From Promethearchaeia archaeon (lineage in GTDB: Archaea > Asgardarchaeota > Lokiarchaeia > Sigyniarchaeales > SOKP01), in assembly GCA_046497275.1 (NCBI GenBank), contig JAWOFX010000098.1:1-31840 (forward strand): 31,840 bases of DNA, given 5' to 3'. Under the pieces are notes generated by a model. The model did no database searches and was not told the origin of the DNA. It worked only from the letters and a program-made list of their open reading frames with translations. Every line of letters begins with the position of its first letter. Position 1 is the stretch's first letter. Below, piece after piece: positions 26,679 to 31,840 of this stretch. The translations under genes were made by a program, and so were the position numbers.

Positions 26679-27581
26679 ATGCTGAAATATCTCATTGTTG
26701 GTCCGGCGTCTCAAATGCTTGGAATTAAAATCGCTAATGAATTAGGGATCCCTCATATAAACACAGAATTCAAAAAATTTCCAGATGGAGAAAATTATTT
26801 ACGTCTAAATTTAGAAGATGAGACAATATTAGAGGGAAAAGAAATAATTATTGTACAATCAACGGGTCCCAGCGCTAGTAGAGATCAAAATGCTCGATTA
26901 ATTGAACTATTTATTATGATTGATGCTGTGAAACGCATTGGAGTGGCAAAAATAATTTTGGTGGTTCCTTATCTTGCCTATGCGAGACAAGATAAGATAT
27001 TTAGACCAGGAGAATCTGAATTTGCTAAGGTTGTTTTGCAAATGATCGATTCAATGGAAATCGATGAACTTTTTGTAGTCGATATTCACAATCCTACTGT
27101 TCTTGAGGAATTAACTTGTAAAGCAGTGAATATAGATTCAATGAAAATTCTTGCTGATTATATAAAATCTTTAGGTGCAAAAGATATTGTTGTTGTCTCT
27201 CCCGATAAGGGTGCTATTGAGAGATCTAAAGCTTTTGCAAAGCATTTTGGTGAGGATGTTACCGTGGATTTTTTTGAAAAAAAAAGAGATGTAAAAACTG
27301 GTGATATAACTATGTCTGGAAAATTAAGCTTAAAAAATAAGGATGTAGTTATCGCAGATGATATAATTGCTACGGGTGGTACAATGTCGAAGGCTATTAA
27401 ACTATCGAAGGAGAATGGTGCCAATAAGGTGTATGCAGCAGCTACTCATGCTCTGATGCTTCAGAATGCAAAATATCGTATCTTAGCAGCAGGCGGAGAT
27501 GAAATAATAGGAACAGATTCAATTGATAATGAGGTGAGTAAAGTTTCTTTAGCGAAGGTTATTAGTGATTATCTAAAATAA
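26679..27581 (+). CDS. prs: Ribose-phosphate pyrophosphokinase (archaeal class III)
   Basis: KFPDGE, PYLAYARQDK, VSPDKGA, FEKKR, DDIIATGGT. Confidence 0.96.
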   Translation: MLKYLIVGPASQMLGIKIANELGIPHINTEFKKFPDGENYLRLNLEDETILEGKEIIIVQSTGPSASRDQNARLIELFIMIDAVKRIGVAKIILVVPYLAYARQDKIFRPGESEFAKVVLQMIDSMEIDELFVVDIHNPTVLEELTCKAVNIDSMKILADYIKSLGAKDIVVVSPDKGAIERSKAFAKHFGEDVTVDFFEKKRDVKTGDITMSGKLSLKNKDVVIADDIIATGGTMSKAIKLSKENGANKVYAAATHALMLQNAKYRILAAGGDEIIGTDSIDNEVSKVSLAKVISDYLK

Positions 27582-27582
27582 G

Positions 27583-28146
27583 TTAATTATCTTTTTTTTC
27601 TATAATCTTTTTCACTATTTTTATGGTTTTTTGTTTTAAAATTTCTTTTGTGGAAGAATTTCTAATTTTATAATCTGCTTTTCTAATAACATCCTTGAGA
27701 CCTAATTCAATTTCTCGTTTTTCCCTTCTCTTAAGCTCCTTTAAGGTTTTGGGATCATCCTTTCTATTTCGTTTGCTAATGATCTTAAATCTTTTTCTGA
27801 TATTAGTTTTTATCGCAATAATAGGGAATTCCCACCTTTCACGAAATACTTCCACCTCTTCCCATGATCTCAGCCCGTCAATAAAAATTATATTATTATC
27901 AGATTTTTGGATTAAATCAACACATTTTTTTGCTAATATCCCTTTTCCTTCTCTTTCTCTTATAAGTCTAGAAATTTTTCCTAAGTTTTCATCAGTTTCA
28001 GGTATGTTCAATTTTTTAGCTTCTTTTCTTACTAAATCGCCCATATTTATCACTGTACCAAATGTCTTTATTGCTTTAATTGCAGTTGATTTTCCGGATC
28101 CCGGTAATCCGCAGAAACCAATAACTATTTGTTTGCTATTATTCAT
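27583..28146 (-). CDS. P-loop nucleotide kinase, UPF0200/COG0237 (dephospho-CoA-kinase-like) family
   Basis: GLPGSGKST, MGDLVR, IDGLRS, RxDD, RE...LGL...KADY. Confidence 0.85.
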   Translation of the reverse strand: MNNSKQIVIGFCGLPGSGKSTAIKAIKTFGTVINMGDLVRKEAKKLNIPETDENLGKISRLIREREGKGILAKKCVDLIQKSDNNIIFIDGLRSWEEVEVFRERWEFPIIAIKTNIRKRFKIISKRNRKDDPKTLKELKRREKREIELGLKDVIRKADYKIRNSSTKEILKQKTIKIVKKIIEKKDN

Positions 28147-28280
28147 TCATTTCCCTTAATTTCTACTTGTTAAATAATAAATCTCGGTGATTATCTATAT
28201 ATAAGTTAAAAATATAAAGTATTATAATAGTTTCTTGTTAAAATGGAAAAATTATATTATTATATAAATTACTAATTAAT

Positions 28281-28286
28281 AGGAGA
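28281..28286 (+). promoter_or_regulatory. Shine-Dalgarno-like element for the MPN gene
   Basis: aggaga ending 3 nt before the ATG at 28290, preceded by a TATA-like tatataaa at 28261-28268. Confidence 0.4.
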
Positions 28287-28289
28287 GAA

Positions 28290-29471
28290 ATGCCCAAACT
28301 TAAAAACAAGCATAATAATAAGAAGACATCTTATTATGAAAAATCATTAGAAAAACCCGAACTCTTGCAGTTCCTCAAAGGAAAAGAAAAGAAAAAAAAA
28401 TCCAATGGTATAAAATTAATTCTTAAGTGGAAAGCATATAAAAGAATAATAGGATATAGCTATCGATATGCAAATAATAGATTAAGCGAAACTAAATGGA
28501 GAGAAGTATATGGAATATTAATAGGTTCTATTGATGATAATAAGGAGATTATAAAAGATGCAGTACCTATGGTTGTAGGAGACCGAGCGGGAGTTCAATA
28601 TGAAAGTAAACAATATGTCGATATGGCCCAGATTGATGCATCAACTCATGAAAGAGCCATTAGAGATAAAAAAAATGATTTTATTATTGGATGGTGGCAT
28701 ACTCATCCTGGTTTTGGTTTTTTCTTCTCCCCAATTGATTGTCTCACGCAATTAGGATATCAAATTCCCAATTCTAGAGCAATTGGTTTAGTTTTTGACC
28801 ATACTAAGAAAAAAGAAAAAAATCTCGGAATTGCTGCAATACAACTCAGGGAACCTGATAAAGGGATACGTTCCGCTTATGATATAGTTGAATTAGATTA
28901 TGAACTGAAAATCGAAGAAATGGAAGAAAAAAGTAATAAAATAATTGAAAAAATAAAACAAAATATGGAGGAAATTGAAGGAAGACTAAGTTACTGTAAA
29001 AATGTTATAGGACAAAAAGCAATTACTAAATTACAAGAAAGATTCGGCTTAATTCCTGCTTTTGATGATGATTTTGCAAAGATTAATGAGGAGGATAAAC
29101 CATATATTTGGGATGATCTTTCCGAGACAAAAGAAGCTAAATTTCCAGAATTTCGACAAGAAATTGAAAATCAAATAAAAACCAATACAGAAGTTCTAAA
29201 GAAACTCAAAGCAAAAGAAGAGATGGAGGAATTTAATAAACAACAGGAAAAATTCAAGAAAAAAATACTTAAACAATTAGAAGAACCAAAAAAATTTATA
29301 GAAGCAATATTAGAAGATTTTAAAGATCAATTAAAAGTAGTTTTCCCATATTATGATTATCTTGATACCAGTGAAAGAAAATTACTTGAGTTTATTGATC
29401 AGAAAATTCATCAATATCATGATATATTAGACATGCTTGAATCTAAGGCTCAATTTGAAATAGAAGATTAA
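28290..29471 (+). CDS. MPN+/JAMM metalloprotease, Rpn11/CSN5-like, with long C-terminal helical region
   Basis: Catalytic E in WREVYGILIG; intact H-x-H-x7-S-x2-D in GWWHTHPGFGFFFSPID, followed by TQ and RAIGLVFD. Confidence 0.9.
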   Translation: MPKLKNKHNNKKTSYYEKSLEKPELLQFLKGKEKKKKSNGIKLILKWKAYKRIIGYSYRYANNRLSETKWREVYGILIGSIDDNKEIIKDAVPMVVGDRAGVQYESKQYVDMAQIDASTHERAIRDKKNDFIIGWWHTHPGFGFFFSPIDCLTQLGYQIPNSRAIGLVFDHTKKKEKNLGIAAIQLREPDKGIRSAYDIVELDYELKIEEMEEKSNKIIEKIKQNMEEIEGRLSYCKNVIGQKAITKLQERFGLIPAFDDDFAKINEEDKPYIWDDLSETKEAKFPEFRQEIENQIKTNTEVLKKLKAKEEMEEFNKQQEKFKKKILKQLEEPKKFIEAILEDFKDQLKVVFPYYDYLDTSERKLLEFIDQKIHQYHDILDMLESKAQFEIED

Positions 29472-29489
29472 TACTCCTTTTATTAACAG

Positions 29490-29750
29490 AAAAAAATAAA
29501 AAAGATATATATTACATTACGCATATGCATTTTTAAGAGCGCACATCTCTGTAACCAACAACACGTTCGTGAATGCGGTATTAGATAAAACTACTAACAA
29601 ACTTTACACATAAGCAGCACGACTCATTTTCAAAAATTTACTTGGACTCATTTGATGCCGCTGTGGTTTGATGTTACTTATTCCCACTTTATGATTCAAC
29701 TTTAATTCTTTGGTGGGAATTCCGTTTGAAGGGCAAAACCTAATCGGCGG
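29490..29750 (-). ncRNA. Candidate omega-RNA/reRNA of the TnpB-like nuclease (boundaries approximate)
   Basis: Locally GC-richer, hairpin-forming 3' flank (29518-29580) followed by a T-run on the - strand. TnpB guide RNAs are known to overlap the gene 3' end and the transposon right end. Confidence 0.4.
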
Positions 29751-31718
29751 GGTGGTGATAAATTTGTTAACCCTCTGCTTTGCTTGATTGGGTAGGGATC
29801 GGCGAGGATCGGAAATTAAGCGTAAATTGTAGGCGATGGCTTTATGGGAAAAGAGCTTTGGATGTTTTTTTCTGCCGATATTAGCCGCATCGTTGATATC
29901 TCCGTGAATGATTTTTCCGTTCCTTGTCCGAAACAGTCCATTATGTTTTACTCCGTTCTGGGTAAATCTGCGTAATCCAGCATACTCTCCGCTTGGTTTT
30001 TTCCCAATTGATTCATCGTCGATATATGAGCATTTGCTGGTATACCATTCGGGTGTATAGTCCACATTTATCCCAAAATAAATCGCTTCTTGCTGAATTC
30101 TCTCGAACATTTGGTTAAATGGCAATGAAACGAATAAATCTCTGGTTAATTTGTTGAGTTTAACAGTATCGCTCTGCCATCCCTTGTTATAACCGAACGT
30201 AATTGTCCCTACTCCATAGTATAGGCAATAATACATTAACTTTTTGGCAATCTTGTTAATAGCGTCCCGCTTTACTCTGTTATATTTGTCCCATAATTCA
30301 TCAATCTTTAATTTGACAGATGCTAAGTATTTCCGTAAATCCCGAACTGACCATCCAGAAATTGTTTCCAAAATCCTAATCTTACGATCTCTTTTACTCT
30401 GTAAATAGCGAAAATACTTATGCAAGAGAGAATTCTTTTCACGTGGGGCAATCTCCATCAAGATAATCTTTCTGAGCTTATTGAAAATGCCTTTATAGAC
30501 TCTTTTTCCATCCCTTTCAGCAAGTTTCTTGAAATTGTCCCAATTCATATTTTTTGCCACCCTAAAAAATGATTTGGAACGAAAACATTTATGAAAAAAA
30601 TCCTTTTCTGTTAGTCCCGCTTTATTCACCTTAGAAAGTTCAAAAATTCTTTTAAAAATATACAAAACCATTCTTCTCAAATTCTCAAATTCGTCGTGAT
30701 GGGTGTGAATTCGAGATTCGATAATTGATTCTAATGGTTGAATAAATTTATTTTTTTCATATCGTTCTAGCATATCGGCAATTACATCAGCCCGACGCTG
30801 TAGTGGGGGAACTTCATTATTTATTCTGTAATTAAACTTCTTCAACACTGAGCCGTTAAATATGGGAAATCTCGCACCAAAATTGTTGAAAATTGTGAGG
30901 AAATTATTTACTCCGAAGTCGATAGAAATGGCTCTGTTAGGGTTCTGCTCGTATCTATTGAGATCAAGACCATATTCTCTGGCTCGTTGTGGTTTCGTTT
31001 TGATATAATGGATGTTAAAAGAGTAATTTTTCCCTTTTGGTATGATCTCCACAAACCCACCGTTCTTGAACAATTGAGATAGCACTTTTGTTCTGACTCG
31101 TATTGGGGGGATCAAATGATCGTGTGAGGGTGGCACATACATATAACACGTACACCGATTATTGTTAATCGCGTTTCTAAGGCTCTCTATATTTTTCCTA
31201 TGTTCAAGTTTCTGCTTTGTATAGATTAATTTCCATTTCCCTTGTCGCTCTCCCTTTATTTTTTTACCAATGTAGCGGGGTAGACCAGGTCGTGATGGTT
31301 TTTGTCTGCGTCGATTTTCGGCAGCGTCCTTCCATTTTTCAAGGTCTTGATAATATTTTTTTATTAAACCAAAATGACTCAAAAAATTCTCGCAAACAGC
31401 TAAAACTATCTGTTGAGCACAAGGAGAATATCCTATGTCCTTGTAAGATTCCATAAATTTTATTATCGTTGGAACAGTACTACCTAAGGCTCGTAATCCA
31501 TTTTCAAAAATTCCGTTCAAAATCTCTACAGCGGCGTTCTTTGTGTCAGTTGGATAATCGGATTCTTTTATGGTTTTGTGATATTTACCCGCTATACTTT
31601 TTCGATATAGGTTTTTTTTCAATGTCGTTAGTAGTATGATAAAAGTAATATTGCCGCAAAAAGTACAAAGTATCATTCGCGAGTGCTCGAGAGCGGTTAG
31701 CAAGACGATCCAACCCAT
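29604..31718 (-). CDS. tnpB: Large TnpB/Cas12-like RuvC nuclease, main frame (the first ~30 tracked aa are probably not real)
   Basis: RuvC-I ISIDFGVNN (D267), RuvC-II ITFGYNKGWQ with alternative E in PEWYTSKCS (E557), RuvC-III IHGDINDAANI (D607). Confidence 0.88.
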   Translation of the reverse strand: MGWIVLLTALEHSRMILCTFCGNITFIILLTTLKKNLYRKSIAGKYHKTIKESDYPTDTKNAAVEILNGIFENGLRALGSTVPTIIKFMESYKDIGYSPCAQQIVLAVCENFLSHFGLIKKYYQDLEKWKDAAENRRRQKPSRPGLPRYIGKKIKGERQGKWKLIYTKQKLEHRKNIESLRNAINNNRCTCYMYVPPSHDHLIPPIRVRTKVLSQLFKNGGFVEIIPKGKNYSFNIHYIKTKPQRAREYGLDLNRYEQNPNRAISIDFGVNNFLTIFNNFGARFPIFNGSVLKKFNYRINNEVPPLQRRADVIADMLERYEKNKFIQPLESIIESRIHTHHDEFENLRRMVLYIFKRIFELSKVNKAGLTEKDFFHKCFRSKSFFRVAKNMNWDNFKKLAERDGKRVYKGIFNKLRKIILMEIAPREKNSLLHKYFRYLQSKRDRKIRILETISGWSVRDLRKYLASVKLKIDELWDKYNRVKRDAINKIAKKLMYYCLYYGVGTITFGYNKGWQSDTVKLNKLTRDLFVSLPFNQMFERIQQEAIYFGINVDYTPEWYTSKCSYIDDESIGKKPSGEYAGLRRFTQNGVKHNGLFRTRNGKIIHGDINDAANIGRKKHPKLFSHKAIAYNLRLISDPRRSLPNQAKQRVNKFITTPPIRFCPSNGIPTKELKLNHKVGISNIKPQRHQMSPSKFLKMSRAAYV

Positions 31719-31794
31719 TTAAAGCAAATCTTGACCGAGAAATCCGTATCGATTCGGCGGAATAACGCCCGCGTTCCTCAATCATCGATTCCAT
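31585..31794 (-). CDS. tnpB: N-terminal segment of the same TnpB in a different frame (frameshifted gene)
   Basis: YSAESIRI...LDRLANRSRALANDTLYFLRQYYF matches the TnpB N-terminal pattern (E-x-I...LdxLxxxSKnLyNxaLYxxRQxyF). The frame is open to the window edge. Confidence 0.75.
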   Translation of the reverse strand: MESMIEERGRYSAESIRISRSRFALNGLDRLANRSRALANDTLYFLRQYYFYHTTNDIEKKPISKKYSG

Positions 31795-31840
31795 CTCCGT
31801 AATGCGTTTCCGTTTTATAATGAAAACACTATCATCTCTA

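Larger units (their letters stand above)
29515..31840 (-). mobile_element. IS200/IS605- or IS607-related element (tnpB-bearing); left end and any tnpA lie beyond the window
   Basis: tnpB-like gene with CG-rich codons unlike the host genes. Hand-counted lines: 27/60 and 21/60 GC inside versus 14/60 and 19/60 in the MPN gene. The right boundary is inferred from the composition shift. Confidence 0.7.

Noticed and set aside
27583-28146. Firm dephospho-CoA kinase (coaE) assignment
   Set aside because: Archaeal COG0237/UPF0200 members are not established as DPCK; only the P-loop kinase fold is supported.
4432-29471. Treating the longin, Rab-like GTPase, BRO1/SB-like and JAMM genes as one trafficking operon
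   Set aside because: They are kilobases apart, on mixed strands and interleaved with housekeeping genes; this density of signature proteins is plausible background for Lokiarchaeia.
29472-29603. CRISPR array next to the Cas12-like gene
   Set aside because: No direct repeats with spacers in this 130-bp gap or anywhere else in the window; the upstream side is outside the window and remains untested.
21924-31456. Further shadow ORFs (21924, 22236, 22974, 24190, 27158, 27695, 31217)
   Set aside because: Antisense to supported genes; no independent evidence.
29604-31794. Calling the nuclease a Fanzor or pro-Fanzor
   Set aside because: It shares the rearranged Glu, but RuvC-I is DFG rather than DPG, the zinc finger is absent, and no IS607 recombinase is visible.
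1-31840. tRNA, rRNA or other GC-rich structural RNA genes
   Set aside because: All intergenic gaps are AT-rich with no cloverleaf or T-loop (GTTCRA) context; the only structured non-coding patch is the tnpB 3' flank.

Overview
AT-rich archaeal chromosome segment, most consistent with a Lokiarchaeia-type Asgard archaeon. This is inferred from the archaeal ThrRS, SepRS, HTH-RibK/RibL, split GMP synthase subunit B and class III PRPP synthetase, together with several eukaryotic-signature-like proteins. About 33 tightly packed CDSs mix housekeeping genes with a longin-wHTH protein, a Rab-like GTPase, an Rpn11-like JAMM protein, a translin and several membrane proteins. Two items stand out. (1) A 412-aa 'hypothetical' (23282-24520) whose N-terminal region aligns by eye with the BRO1 domain of HD-PTP/ALIX and whose C-terminal 53 aa align ungapped with the TSG101 steadiness box, i.e. 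a candidate BRO1-ESCRT-I-core fusion. (2) At the right edge, an unusually large (~729 aa if rejoined) TnpB/Cas12-like RuvC nuclease with a rearranged active site, a ~140-aa helical insertion, a +1 frameshift near an A8 run, and a structured 3' flank that may be its omega-RNA. I saw no tRNA, rRNA or CRISPR array. All homology calls are by-eye motif recognition against remembered family sequences; no searches were run.
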